Positions 48,240 to 57,725 of a DNA stretch of 64,000 nucleotides are shown here, piece after piece. The position numbers were made by a program, and so were the translations under genes. The notes beneath the pieces are model-generated. The model saw only the letters and a program-made list of their open reading frames with translations. It searched no databases and was not told where the DNA came from. Position 1 is the stretch's first letter, and every line of letters starts with the position of its first letter. Source of the DNA: Chloroflexaceae bacterium (GTDB lineage: Bacteria > Chloroflexota > Chloroflexia > Chloroflexales > Chloroflexaceae); the NCBI GenBank assembly GCA_034436755.1, contig DAOTVB010000015.1:56516-120515 (forward strand), in the 5' to 3' direction.

Positions 48240-50732
48240 TTATTTCTTGCGCCGGACCCAGCCGCGTTTAGGCTCCTCAACGCTCTGGCGCAATTTCGCC
48301 AGATCATTCTGGATCTCGTCCGGCTCCGGTTCCGGTTCACGCTCGGGCGGTTCCTGCGGCTGGCGCGGCTCCTCCTGCGCCGCCAGATCGCTCAATGAGA
48401 TCCGTTTGCCCGTCTGCACCTTTTCCGCACCCGTGGTCGTCTCGGCTGTCGGTTCGGGCAGATCCACCGGCCGGGGCGAGGGCGGTTGCTCCTCCTGCGC
48501 CGCCAGGTCACTCAGCGAGATCCGTTTGCCCGGTTTGATCTTTTCCGCACCCGTGGTCGTCTCGGCTGTCGGTTCGGGCAGATCCACCGGCTGGGGGGGG
48601 GATGGTTGCTCCGGTTGCTCCTCCTGCGCCGCCAGGTCACTCAGCGAGATCCGTTTGCCCGGCTTAAAGCGGGTGGTTTCGGGCGTCTCTGCGGCCGCGG
48701 GCGGTTCCTCCAGCATCGGGGCGAAGGGCTGATCCGCCGGGAGCATTTCCGCACCAGGCTGCTCCGGCAGCGGCGGCATAGCCGGCTCGGGTTGCGCCGG
48801 TTCAACCGGTTCAGCCACCGGCGCGCCCGCCTGACCATTAACCGACCGCAGTGCTGCCGGCCGCGCCACACCCACCTGTTCATCTACCACGGGGGCGGAG
48901 ATGACCGCATCAACATAGGGACTGGGAGCCTGCGCCGCACCCAGCGCGACTAACCACGCCCAGATCTGTGCGCAACGCTGCGTGGCATCCTCCGGCAGGC
49001 GCAGCGGTCGCCCGCGCGCATCGATGACCACACCCAGCGCGCTCCCCTTGATGGCGGCAATATCGGTCTGAACTTCTTCCCCCGGTTCATTCTGCCCGAT
49101 CCGCACATTGGCCGCCGGTCGCAGGGTTAACTGCCCGCTGCTGCTCTGATCCAGCCGCAGACGGGCAATCTGCCCATGCCGCACCGTTACCCGCCGCGAC
49201 TTGCCGCGCCGGGAAGTCAACTCGGCCTCAACCGCGACCTCACCGGGCTTGCCCTCCCCCAGCGGTACCACGCAGGTTGCCAGCGGCACATTACGCAGCA
49301 GATCACGTTCAAAGAGCGTCACCGCCGCATCGGGATTGAGTTTTGCCAGCACCCCACAGGCCGGCAAGAGCCCCAGGATATCGAGATGCAGATCGAGCGC
49401 CAGCAGACTCTCCCCAGTGGTCGGCTGGAGGACATCCAGCAACATCAACGCCGCCATACCGGGATGCGGCGCATGCGCCAGCACCCCGCCACCCGCGATC
49501 ACCAGATCATAGTCCAGGTCAGGATCTTCATCGGTGAGGGTTTCCAGCAGGAGTGCCAGCACCTCGCGGGTTATGGCCTGTTCGATAAACACATCTTCGC
49601 GGCTGGCGGGCAACATCTGCGGGCGCAACAGCTTATTCAGCAGCCAGTGCGTCAGGTCGGCCTCGCTGATGGGGAAGGGCAGCCAGCGGGCAATATTGGC
49701 CACACCGCGCGCTTTGAGCAGGTTGGTAATGCCATACGCGGTGCCACATGCGCCCAGGATCGATAGGGTATAACTGCCGGGGCCGGCGTGGAAGGCGCTG
49801 CTGCCGGCCGCGCCGACATCCAGCGTTAACACCTTGCGGCTATTCCGCTCGGCGATAAAGCGGGTCATCAGCCCGGACATACTACAGACCGTTGTCACCG
49901 GCACATGACACATGCGACGCAACGTCGGGAGACCGGGCAGACGGGTGAGGACGCGCTCGTCGTACAGACGACTCAGCGCCTCGCGGGCGGGCTCGAGCCG
50001 CTCCTGCGTCAGCGATGGTCGCACATTATCTACCACCAGCGTCTCGGCCCGCCCAGAGAGCGCCTCGACAACCTGATCGCGGGCATCGCTGTTGCCGGCA
50101 TAGATCACCGGACGGGCCATCAGGTTCTGGCTTTGCTGGCCGCTGGCATCAACCGAGGTACGCAGCGCGGTTAACCCCACGATATGCGCCAGACGGTGCA
50201 GCGCATCGGTTGCGCCACCCTCAAGCCCCCCCGCAATAAAGACGGCATCCGGCTCCAGGGAGAGCATCGCCTGGATCTGCCGCACAATCCAGGAAGCGCC
50301 GCCGCCACTGGAGCGCATCATGGCATCATCAAGCGTAATCACCTGCAGAATGCTGGTGTAGGTGCTGCGACAGGCATGCAGCGCACTCCGGGCCGAGACA
50401 TCGCTGGCAATTGCCGTCACCACCAGCGCCAGCGTGCCGGTCGCACTGGTGACACAGATCAGCCGGTCAACGCCGTCACGCTCGTTATTCTGCGGCATCA
50501 GCAGTTGACCTTCGCGCAGCAGTTGCCGCCCGATAGTCTCGCTGATCTGCGCGGCGGCTTCCAGGATGCCGAACAGGGCATTCTGGTGTGGCGGCTCCAG
50601 GCTGCTCGGCACCTCGGCCCGACCAATCATGCGGTGCTCGCCATCAACCGTATCAACCAGCGTGACACGCGTGATCAGGCTGCCAATTTCGGCAATAAGG
50701 ATCGAATCAGGTGGTGGTGGTGTATCAGGCAT
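48240..50732 (-). CDS. GlmL/MutL-type (PF13941-like) actin-fold ATPase domain protein with C-terminal 3x tandem ~38-aa repeats and a basic tail
   Basis: The N-terminal ILIAEIGSLITRVTLVD phosphate-1-like motif is followed by an about 600-aa actin-fold-like region. The C-terminus carries PVDLPEPTAETTTGAEKIKPGKRISLSDLAAQEEQP x3 and ends ...KRGWVRRKK. The family assignment rests on pattern memory. Confidence 0.55.
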   Translation of the reverse strand: MPDTPPPPDSILIAEIGSLITRVTLVDTVDGEHRMIGRAEVPSSLEPPHQNALFGILEAAAQISETIGRQLLREGQLLMPQNNERDGVDRLICVTSATGTLALVVTAIASDVSARSALHACRSTYTSILQVITLDDAMMRSSGGGASWIVRQIQAMLSLEPDAVFIAGGLEGGATDALHRLAHIVGLTALRTSVDASGQQSQNLMARPVIYAGNSDARDQVVEALSGRAETLVVDNVRPSLTQERLEPAREALSRLYDERVLTRLPGLPTLRRMCHVPVTTVCSMSGLMTRFIAERNSRKVLTLDVGAAGSSAFHAGPGSYTLSILGACGTAYGITNLLKARGVANIARWLPFPISEADLTHWLLNKLLRPQMLPASREDVFIEQAITREVLALLLETLTDEDPDLDYDLVIAGGGVLAHAPHPGMAALMLLDVLQPTTGESLLALDLHLDILGLLPACGVLAKLNPDAAVTLFERDLLRNVPLATCVVPLGEGKPGEVAVEAELTSRRGKSRRVTVRHGQIARLRLDQSSSGQLTLRPAANVRIGQNEPGEEVQTDIAAIKGSALGVVIDARGRPLRLPEDATQRCAQIWAWLVALGAAQAPSPYVDAVISAPVVDEQVGVARPAALRSVNGQAGAPVAEPVEPAQPEPAMPPLPEQPGAEMLPADQPFAPMLEEPPAAAETPETTRFKPGKRISLSDLAAQEEQPEQPSPPQPVDLPEPTAETTTGAEKIKPGKRISLSDLAAQEEQPPSPRPVDLPEPTAETTTGAEKVQTGKRISLSDLAAQEEPRQPQEPPEREPEPEPDEIQNDLAKLRQSVEEPKRGWVRRKK

Positions 50733-50810
50733 AGGTATTTCAACCGTCAGAGTTGAGTAGTCAGCGATCTACTGACTGCCAGTTTATCAATTTATCTATC
50801 GTCTACCCGT

Positions 50811-51461
50811 TCAAAAGGTCCAGGTCACCAGAAACTCGAGACGCTCACTCAGCGCCGCCAGGTAGGTGCGCAACGCCCCGGCCAGAAAGAAGCCCAGTGC
50901 AACCATCAGGAGCCAGTAGCCGACATGGGCACTGCCCGCCACCAGCCGCCCCAGACCCGTATCGCGCCGCACCGTAAAGTAGAAGTAGCTCAACGTCAGG
51001 ATCACGCCTATAGCCAGCACCGCCGTGCCGATAAGCTGCGGCAGGGTGTTTCCGGCTGGTTGCACCGTATCGATCCACTGCGGGTAGAGCGTCCCCACCA
51101 GCACGCCACCCAGCGCCAGAGCCGCGCCGACCCCAAAGAGCAGCGCCAGGGGAATATTTGCCAGCCAGGAGAAGCCCTGCCGCCCGGTAATCCGGGGCAG
51201 CAGCAGCAGACCCAGGATAAACGGCACGAGCGTGAGGTAGAGATCGAGACTCTGCGGGTTCTCCGCCCCCAGCAAGACTTGAACGACCGCCGGCCAGAGC
51301 ACCTGATGGTAGAGCACCACAAAGGCATAGCCCAGCGACACCCCGATAAACAGGTATTGCGCCAGCCGGAACAGCGGATTATTTTCCGCCCAGACGATCC
51401 GGCTGAACACAAACAGGGTCAGCACAACGCCAACAATTTTGACTACAAGCGCCGTCGCCAT
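50811..51461 (-). CDS. Polytopic integral membrane protein, ~6 TM, unknown function
   Basis: 216 aa, almost entirely hydrophobic helices. Its start overlaps the upstream giant gene stop by 1 nt (TAATG). Confidence 0.5.
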   Translation of the reverse strand: MATALVVKIVGVVLTLFVFSRIVWAENNPLFRLAQYLFIGVSLGYAFVVLYHQVLWPAVVQVLLGAENPQSLDLYLTLVPFILGLLLLPRITGRQGFSWLANIPLALLFGVGAALALGGVLVGTLYPQWIDTVQPAGNTLPQLIGTAVLAIGVILTLSYFYFTVRRDTGLGRLVAGSAHVGYWLLMVALGFFLAGALRTYLAALSERLEFLVTWTF

Positions 51462-54400
51462 TACTCCTCGCTCTCCGGGTGCAGCTTCGGCTTCGGCTGG
51501 AGCAGCAGGCCGGCAATGCCCCCGACGATAATCAGGACCACAAAGACCAGCGCGGCGAAATGCTGCAATCCACTGGAGCGAATAGCCGCCACATCATCCA
51601 CACCGCCGCCACTGGCCGCCGCATAATTTAGCGCGCCCTGCCGCCCGACCAGTTGGTAGACATTCGGGTAGCGCAGGTAGGGTTGCACCACCGGCGCGGT
51701 CTCAAACGGCAGCAGGAAGGCCATCGGCACGTCGGGGGTGCTGGTATGCACCTGCTCAATCCAGCCCTGCACATCCTGCGGCTGATCGGCCATAATCAGG
51801 ATCAGATCAAAGTCGGCAACCGTTTCCAGTTGAGTCTGTTCGACCATCCAGCTTCTGGTAGCATCCGCACCCGAGAATGTTCTGAATGACTCGGTAAAAT
51901 TCTGCTGAACCAGACGGCGCAGGGCAAACTCGCCTCCCGGCTGGTAGCCCATCAGCACATAGTCCCGCCCCCCCAGGTCTGCGGTGCGCTGCTCGTCGGT
52001 ATTGTAGCCGGCGGCGCGCAGGGGATCACGAAAGTTGAAGGAGAGCAGTGTGCCCTGCGGATCGGTGCTGAGCACCACAAAGCGCACATTCTGCTCAATC
52101 AGATGCTGCGTAACGGCGGTCTCGAGCGGACGCAGTTCGCTGCTGCGCTGGGCATCCCACTCGTAGGCCACCAGCACAACATCCTCCTCCGAAAGCCCGG
52201 CGACAATGCTGGACAACTCACCGGCAGCGGGGGCCGCCGGATTGGCACTTCCCAGAAACCCTGTTACGGACGGAACAAACAGCCCAATCAGCAGCGCCAG
52301 TGCCAGCAACAGGTAGAGGACGCGCTCCAGACCAACCCGCCGCCAGCGCGCCGGTTCGGCGGGTGCCGGCGTGAGGGTCGTCTCCGGAAATGGTCGGGCC
52401 ACCAGGCGTTGCAGCAGCGCGGCCGCTTCCATCTGGGCCGGGCTGCGCGTGAAGGTTGGCCGGGGCAGCACGGTTGGTGAGGTGGTAGTTGCCACGACTG
52501 GTCCTTCGGCCTCTTCTTCGCCCACACCCAGGTTCGACAGCCAGTCTACCTGCTGCGACTCTTTGGTGCTGACGCGGGGCTCCGGTTCGGTGGGCCGCAA
52601 CCACTCCGGCAGATCCGCTCCACCCAGGAAGCTGCTGCCCTCATCAGCGGTACCGCGTGGTTGCACCGCAGCGGGAGCGGGGGCCTGCGCTACCGGCTCC
52701 TCCCGCAACCAGTCCGGAACATCCTCCTCCGACCCTTCATCCTGCAGCCAGGACGGCAGTGCGTCATCAACCGGCTCTGCGCCGGATGGTGCCGGTGGCG
52801 GCGGGGGTGCGGACGAGCGCGGCGGGAGTGCCGGCTCTTCTAACTCGGTATCGGCACCCTGCAACCAGGAGGGCAGCCCGCCGGTCTGGTCCGCCAGGGG
52901 ATCGTTGGACTCGTCGGTCATCCAGGGCGGCAGATCGCTGCTATCGGTTGTGTCGGTTGTGTCGCTGCCGGCAGCCGGAGGTGCGCTCTCGCCACCAGTC
53001 AGCCAGGCAGGGATATCTTCGGCTCCGGTATCCGCCGGCCCAGCCGGTTCCGCCGTTGCTGCGTCATCACGCAACCAGTCGGGAACATCCGCATCCGGGG
53101 CCGCCGGCGCAGACGGTGGGGCCGCCGACCCGGTATCCGCCGGTCCAGCCGGTTCCGCCGTTGCCGCGTCATCACGCAACCAGTCGGGAACATCCACATC
53201 CGGGGCTGCCGGCGCAGACGGTGGGGCTGCCGACCCGGCATCTCGCAGCCAGTCCGGCTCTTCGGCTTCCGGCAGTGCCTCGGCTGTCGGCGCAGACGGT
53301 GCATCGGCGGATAGCCAGTCAGGCAACTCCTCTTTCTCGACCACATCGGGCATGCGGGGCGGTTCCGCGTCCGACTCCGCGCTCACATCAGCCCGCAGCC
53401 AACTGGGCAAATCTTCCTGGGAGGCTGCCGCACCGGTTGAACCTACATTATCCGCCAGCCAGTCAGGGAGTTCCGTTTCGGCAGCCGCGTCTGCTGGCGC
53501 GGGTGTATCGGCCTCTGACACGGATGGCGGTTCATCTATCGACTGCAACCAGTCAGGCATTGCCCCGGCGTCCGCCATCGCGCCGCCCTCTTCGGGTGGC
53601 GCAGCCTCATCACTCTCGGGCATGGGGGGTGGTTCATCAACGCCCCGCAGCCAACTGGGTATCGCGGCATCTTCCGGCGCGGTTGGGGCTGCGGGCACCT
53701 CGGACTGAGGAGACCAGTCCGGCGTACTGCCGGCTTCGGTCGGCGACTCATCTGCGGAAGCACCACTCAGCCAGGAGGGCATCTCCGGCTCGCTGCCCGA
53801 CGCGGCGGGCTGGTCAAACCAGTTGGTCGTATCCCCCGCTCCGGTTGATGGATCTTCAGGAGTCGCGCCACTCAGCCAGGCGGGCATTTCCGGCGCACCA
53901 CCCGGCTCGCTGCCCGACGCGGCGGGCTGGTCAAACCAGTTGGTCGTATCCCCCGCTCCGGTTGATGGATCTTCAGAAGTCGCGCCACTCAGCCAGGCGG
54001 GCATCTCCGGTTCGCCGCCCGACGCGGTGGGCGCGGTAGTTTCCGGCGGTGCCCCCGGTTCACCCTGGAACCAGTCGGGGATACCGGTTTCTGTGACACC
54101 GGGGGGTTGCTCCGGCGACTGCAACCAGTCCGGCGACTCAGCCGATGATGGTGGTGCTGCCGGCATATCCAAACCAGTTTCGGCAATATCGCGGGAGACT
54201 TCATCGGGCGAGATATCGCGCAGCCAGTCGGGGATACCGGGCTCATCGCCGGCAGGGGATGCGGACGGCGTATCCGCCGGTGCTGCCTCTGCAAACCAGT
54301 CCGGCGACTCTGCGGCCCCAGGTGGCGTGGTGGGAGATCCACCTTCCGTCGCCGCAATATCGCGGGCCATCTCGTCCGGCGAAATATCGCGCAGCCAGTC

Positions 54401-55291
54401 GGGGATACCGGGCTCTTCGGATAATTCCTCCTGGTGCTGGTGGGCTGCGTCCGCAGCCGAAGCCGCGCCGGCCACCATCCAATCAGATGACTCCGTTTCT
54501 GCGGGGGCGGGTGGCGTGAACGGCTCCGGTTCCGCGCTATCGCGGGCTACTTCGTCCGGTGAGATATCCCGCAGCCAGTCGGGCACACCGGTATCACCCT
54601 CACCCTCTGGGCGCTCCGCCTGCTCGGCAGGGGCTGCGGTTGGGCCACCCATCTCCGGTTGCTCGGCAGGCGCAGGCGCAGACTCGGCATCATCTTCCCG
54701 GCCCAGACTGCGCAACCAGTCGGTTGCGCCGACGGGCATCTGCACCCGTGACGCAGGCTGATCCCCGGCTTGATCGGCCGCCGCTGCTTCGGTGGGGAAG
54801 CTATCGGCAGCCTCCGCCGGTGCCGACTCCTCCGGCTGGGCAGTTGCGCGGAGCCAGTCCGGCATTTCTGCGTCATCGGGCTGCGAGCTATCAGACGGGG
54901 CAGCCTCCGCCGGCAGATCGGACGACTGCGCGGCCGTCAGACTGGTGAGCCAATCCGGCTGATCATCAACCGGCAGCGGCTCGTCCTCTTCCATTGCCCC
55001 GATATCACTCTGCAGGTCACGCAGCCAGTCCGGAATAGCCGCATCCGCAGCACTGGACGGGGCTGACTCCTCACTGCGGAACTGGTCAGAGTCCACCGCA
55101 GCCGCAGCCGCAGCCCCCTGCAACCAGTCCGGCACCGCCTCCTCCGGCTCATCGGGTGGGGCGGCCTGCTCCTCGGGCGGAGCGGCCCGCGAAGGCGGAC
55201 GGGGAGGTAGAGGTACGCCCCGCAGCCAGGGTGGCAGCCAGGTTGCATCGTCTGAGTCACCAAATTGCGATCCGCGAGATATCCGATCCAT
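51461..55291 (-). CDS. Giant acidic repeat protein (1276 aa): about 900 aa of low-complexity D/E/P/A/S-rich sequence with >25 [IL]PDW[LF] short-motif repeats, then a TM helix, an about 330-aa domain, a second TM helix and a short tail
   Basis: An uninterrupted ORF. IPDWLRDISPDE(V/M)ARD and related motifs recur every 25-40 aa, and near-identical 105-114-bp DNA repeats are present. The C-terminus carries two TM segments (VLYLLLALALLIGLFVPSV and FAALVFVVLIIVGGIAGLLL). Confidence 0.7.
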   Translation of the reverse strand: MDRISRGSQFGDSDDATWLPPWLRGVPLPPRPPSRAAPPEEQAAPPDEPEEAVPDWLQGAAAAAAVDSDQFRSEESAPSSAADAAIPDWLRDLQSDIGAMEEDEPLPVDDQPDWLTSLTAAQSSDLPAEAAPSDSSQPDDAEMPDWLRATAQPEESAPAEAADSFPTEAAAADQAGDQPASRVQMPVGATDWLRSLGREDDAESAPAPAEQPEMGGPTAAPAEQAERPEGEGDTGVPDWLRDISPDEVARDSAEPEPFTPPAPAETESSDWMVAGAASAADAAHQHQEELSEEPGIPDWLRDISPDEMARDIAATEGGSPTTPPGAAESPDWFAEAAPADTPSASPAGDEPGIPDWLRDISPDEVSRDIAETGLDMPAAPPSSAESPDWLQSPEQPPGVTETGIPDWFQGEPGAPPETTAPTASGGEPEMPAWLSGATSEDPSTGAGDTTNWFDQPAASGSEPGGAPEMPAWLSGATPEDPSTGAGDTTNWFDQPAASGSEPEMPSWLSGASADESPTEAGSTPDWSPQSEVPAAPTAPEDAAIPSWLRGVDEPPPMPESDEAAPPEEGGAMADAGAMPDWLQSIDEPPSVSEADTPAPADAAAETELPDWLADNVGSTGAAASQEDLPSWLRADVSAESDAEPPRMPDVVEKEELPDWLSADAPSAPTAEALPEAEEPDWLRDAGSAAPPSAPAAPDVDVPDWLRDDAATAEPAGPADTGSAAPPSAPAAPDADVPDWLRDDAATAEPAGPADTGAEDIPAWLTGGESAPPAAGSDTTDTTDSSDLPPWMTDESNDPLADQTGGLPSWLQGADTELEEPALPPRSSAPPPPPAPSGAEPVDDALPSWLQDEGSEEDVPDWLREEPVAQAPAPAAVQPRGTADEGSSFLGGADLPEWLRPTEPEPRVSTKESQQVDWLSNLGVGEEEAEGPVVATTTSPTVLPRPTFTRSPAQMEAAALLQRLVARPFPETTLTPAPAEPARWRRVGLERVLYLLLALALLIGLFVPSVTGFLGSANPAAPAAGELSSIVAGLSEEDVVLVAYEWDAQRSSELRPLETAVTQHLIEQNVRFVVLSTDPQGTLLSFNFRDPLRAAGYNTDEQRTADLGGRDYVLMGYQPGGEFALRRLVQQNFTESFRTFSGADATRSWMVEQTQLETVADFDLILIMADQPQDVQGWIEQVHTSTPDVPMAFLLPFETAPVVQPYLRYPNVYQLVGRQGALNYAAASGGGVDDVAAIRSSGLQHFAALVFVVLIIVGGIAGLLLQPKPKLHPESEE

Positions 55292-55406
55292 ATGCTTCCG
55301 TTATACGAGCATGCAAGCAGGCACAATCAACCCTGCAACTGCTTCCATCCTCACCTGGTATAGCGATAAAACATTTATTCCCAGCGACATTATCGATCTG
55401 TCGATC

Positions 55407-56048
55407 CTATCGGTCAAGGTAGGGCTGATCAAAGCCGAGCAACACCCGCACACTTGCCACCAGCGTACCGATGGCGGCCCCCAGCAGCAACCCGCGCGCC
55501 CCCGCCAGCGTGACATACTCATTAAACCAGCCAAGTGCTTCGCCGACCAGGGGCAGTGCGGCAACCGGCGGCAACCCCAGAATAAGCACCAGCAGCGCCA
55601 CCACGACAATCACCATCGCCGGAACATTCCGCTCCCGCACCGTACGCAGGATCGCACTCAGGCTAAAGAAGGCCAGAAGCGCCAGCAGACTGCTGGCAAG
55701 CGGCACATAGACCGCCTCAAAGAGCCGCCGGATTGGCTCCTCGGCCAGATTAACTCCGGGCGGACCAGCCAGACCGACAATAATCACCGTAAACATTGCC
55801 AACAGCAGCACGGCACTATAGATCCAGTCGGCATCGCGCCGGAACACGCGTGCGGCATGCGAAAAGGCCACATTAATCAACCCGACCAGGAGGGCCAGGG
55901 CCGTCAGGATCGCCGCCCACTCCACCAGATAGCTGGAGAGGCCACCAACGCCCGGTGCAGCCCGGGCGAAGTCTAACAACACGATGGCCCCGGCGACACC
56001 GGCAATCAGGGTTGCCAGGAGGCGTTTTGGATCGCGGAAAAAGGTCAT
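55407..56048 (-). CDS. Polytopic integral membrane protein, ~6 TM, unknown function
   Basis: 213 aa, hydrophobic throughout. It lies 16 nt downstream of the preceding gene. Confidence 0.5.
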   Translation of the reverse strand: MTFFRDPKRLLATLIAGVAGAIVLLDFARAAPGVGGLSSYLVEWAAILTALALLVGLINVAFSHAARVFRRDADWIYSAVLLLAMFTVIIVGLAGPPGVNLAEEPIRRLFEAVYVPLASSLLALLAFFSLSAILRTVRERNVPAMVIVVVALLVLILGLPPVAALPLVGEALGWFNEYVTLAGARGLLLGAAIGTLVASVRVLLGFDQPYLDR

Positions 56049-56064
56049 TCACTACCCTCTCACG

Positions 56065-56871
56065 CTATAACAGCCCCGGCAGCGGCGGCAGGCCGAGCGT
56101 CGGCTGGAGCAGACTGTAGAGCAGTCCGCCAATAATCAACAGGATAATCAGCGTACGCAAGAAGTCCTGGGTCAACAGCCGCGACTGGGGCGCGGGGATC
56201 GTTGCCAGGTAGGCCTCCGCCGCAAACACTTCCTCGCCAATCAAGACTGACCGACTGCTCAAAAACATCACCGGCAGCGCGGCGGAAGAGGTACTACCCG
56301 TCACCTGGGGCACCTGGCGCATTGCGCCTTCCTCGCCCAGCAGCAGAAACTCCTGCCCGAAGCTCCCCAGCAGTTGGCTGGCCTCTAACCGCTGCCGGGC
56401 ATAGATCGCCGCAACCCCGGCTGCATAGGCCATCGAGTCATCGTGGGCCAGCAGTTGCACATTGCGCGGATGGTAATCCTGCCCCTGTCCCGCCTGCTGG
56501 TAGGACTGGCGAATCGCCCCGCGCAGTGCCAGATGCGACACCGCATCGCCACTGCTTGCCAGGATATGCGCGCCGTTGAAGGCCGCTTCACTCGCCACCC
56601 GCTCAACGGTCAGCAACCCAACCACCGTTTCGGCGGTAGTTGCGCGATTACCGATCGTCCCGGCCCCCGGCGACACATGGATTGCGCGCCCGGTTTCGGC
56701 GCCGCGCCCGAGGGCGGCCCAGAGCAGATCGAGTGCCGGCAACGGCCGACGAAAGGGTGTCCATCCGGCGCGGATACGCGCATGATACCAGAGCGTCAGG
56801 ATCAACACACCCAACGCAACAACTAAAAGAAGAATCGTTTCCGGGGGGAAATTCAGGAGAGGCATAGACAC
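56065..56871 (-). CDS. Membrane protein: N-terminal TM, about 200-aa soluble domain, C-terminal TM; first gene of the operon
   Basis: GAGGAG RBS 6 nt before the ATG. TMs are LLLVVALGVLILTLW and LIILLIIGGLLYSLL. Confidence 0.5.
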   Translation of the reverse strand: MSMPLLNFPPETILLLVVALGVLILTLWYHARIRAGWTPFRRPLPALDLLWAALGRGAETGRAIHVSPGAGTIGNRATTAETVVGLLTVERVASEAAFNGAHILASSGDAVSHLALRGAIRQSYQQAGQGQDYHPRNVQLLAHDDSMAYAAGVAAIYARQRLEASQLLGSFGQEFLLLGEEGAMRQVPQVTGSTSSAALPVMFLSSRSVLIGEEVFAAEAYLATIPAPQSRLLTQDFLRTLIILLIIGGLLYSLLQPTLGLPPLPGLL

Positions 56872-56947
56872 TCCTCATGCTCTGCGGCGCTCATTCTTGT
56901 CAACACAGCAGATGTGGGGCGGGGCATAGTGTACATACTACACAATA

Positions 56948-56965
56948 TGTGTGCAATTACACACA
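56948..56965. promoter_or_regulatory. Candidate operator palindrome upstream of the five-gene operon
   Basis: TGTGTGCAATTACACACA lies about 80 nt upstream of the first start codon. A TTGACA -35-like hexamer sits between it and the RBS on the minus strand. Confidence 0.35.
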
Positions 56966-57024
56966 ACACTTTACAGCCCTGGCGGGCAACGTGCCTTTGA
57001 GTGTAACCCAAAAGATCGGCTTTG

Positions 57025-57273
57025 TCAACTTTCCTGACGGGCTAAAAGACGGCGTAATTCTTTCCAGCCGGCCTCCTTCGTCAGGGCCACAGCGTAACGC
57101 TCAAAACTACAGCCGGTCGTAAAAGGCCGGGCGAACAGGGCCAACTGGCTGCTGAGGAAGTCGAAGGGCCGGATCATATCCAGGGCGAAGCTGACCGGCG
57201 CACGCAGCCCGGCGTTGGAGAGATGATCCGCCAGATGCTGGAGCGCCTCATGATGCTGGTCGGTTGGGGACAT
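57025..57273 (-). CDS. Small hypothetical protein, 82 aa
   Basis: ORF from the internal Met (MSPTDQHHEALQHL...). It overlaps the SRPBCC gene 3' end by about 26 nt. Weak call. Confidence 0.3.
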   Translation of the reverse strand: MSPTDQHHEALQHLADHLSNAGLRAPVSFALDMIRPFDFLSSQLALFARPFTTGCSFERYAVALTKEAGWKELRRLLARQES

Positions 57274-57721
57274 GGGAACCTCGTGCTTCAACCGTCTGCT
57301 TGAGCGCCTGGAGAAACTCGGCCGCCAGCCGCTCGAAGCGCTCACGCTGGGTGGCATTGAGAAAGGAGGCAATCGGACCAGGCATGTCGATATGATCCTG
57401 CCGCTCCAGCCGGTAGCGCCCATCCTCGAGGGGAATGACGCGGCAGCGGTTCGCCCCGGTCAGCGGCGGGATATTCAGGCGAAAGTGAGTCGCCCGCTCC
57501 TGCGGCGTGAAGGTCGTTACTTCCAGGTCGGCATAGACGACACGGCCGCGTATGCGAAAGCGGTAGCCCGGACCGGGCGCACCCGGCGAGAGCAACTCGA
57601 CGCGCACATTCTGCATGGAAGGCATCCAGCCGGGCCAGCCGCCAAAGTCGTCCAGCACCGACCAGACCACCTCGGGCGGCGCGGTAATGATGGTTGTAGC
57701 ATTTATTTCGTAGCGTGCCAT
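57248..57721 (-). CDS. SRPBCC (START/Bet v1-like, polyketide cyclase/dehydrase) family protein
   Basis: MARYEINATTIITAPPEVVWSVLDDFGGWPGW is a typical SRPBCC N-terminus; 157 aa. Confidence 0.62.
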   Translation of the reverse strand: MARYEINATTIITAPPEVVWSVLDDFGGWPGWMPSMQNVRVELLSPGAPGPGYRFRIRGRVVYADLEVTTFTPQERATHFRLNIPPLTGANRCRVIPLEDGRYRLERQDHIDMPGPIASFLNATQRERFERLAAEFLQALKQTVEARGSHVPNRPAS

Positions 57722-57725
57722 AGCT

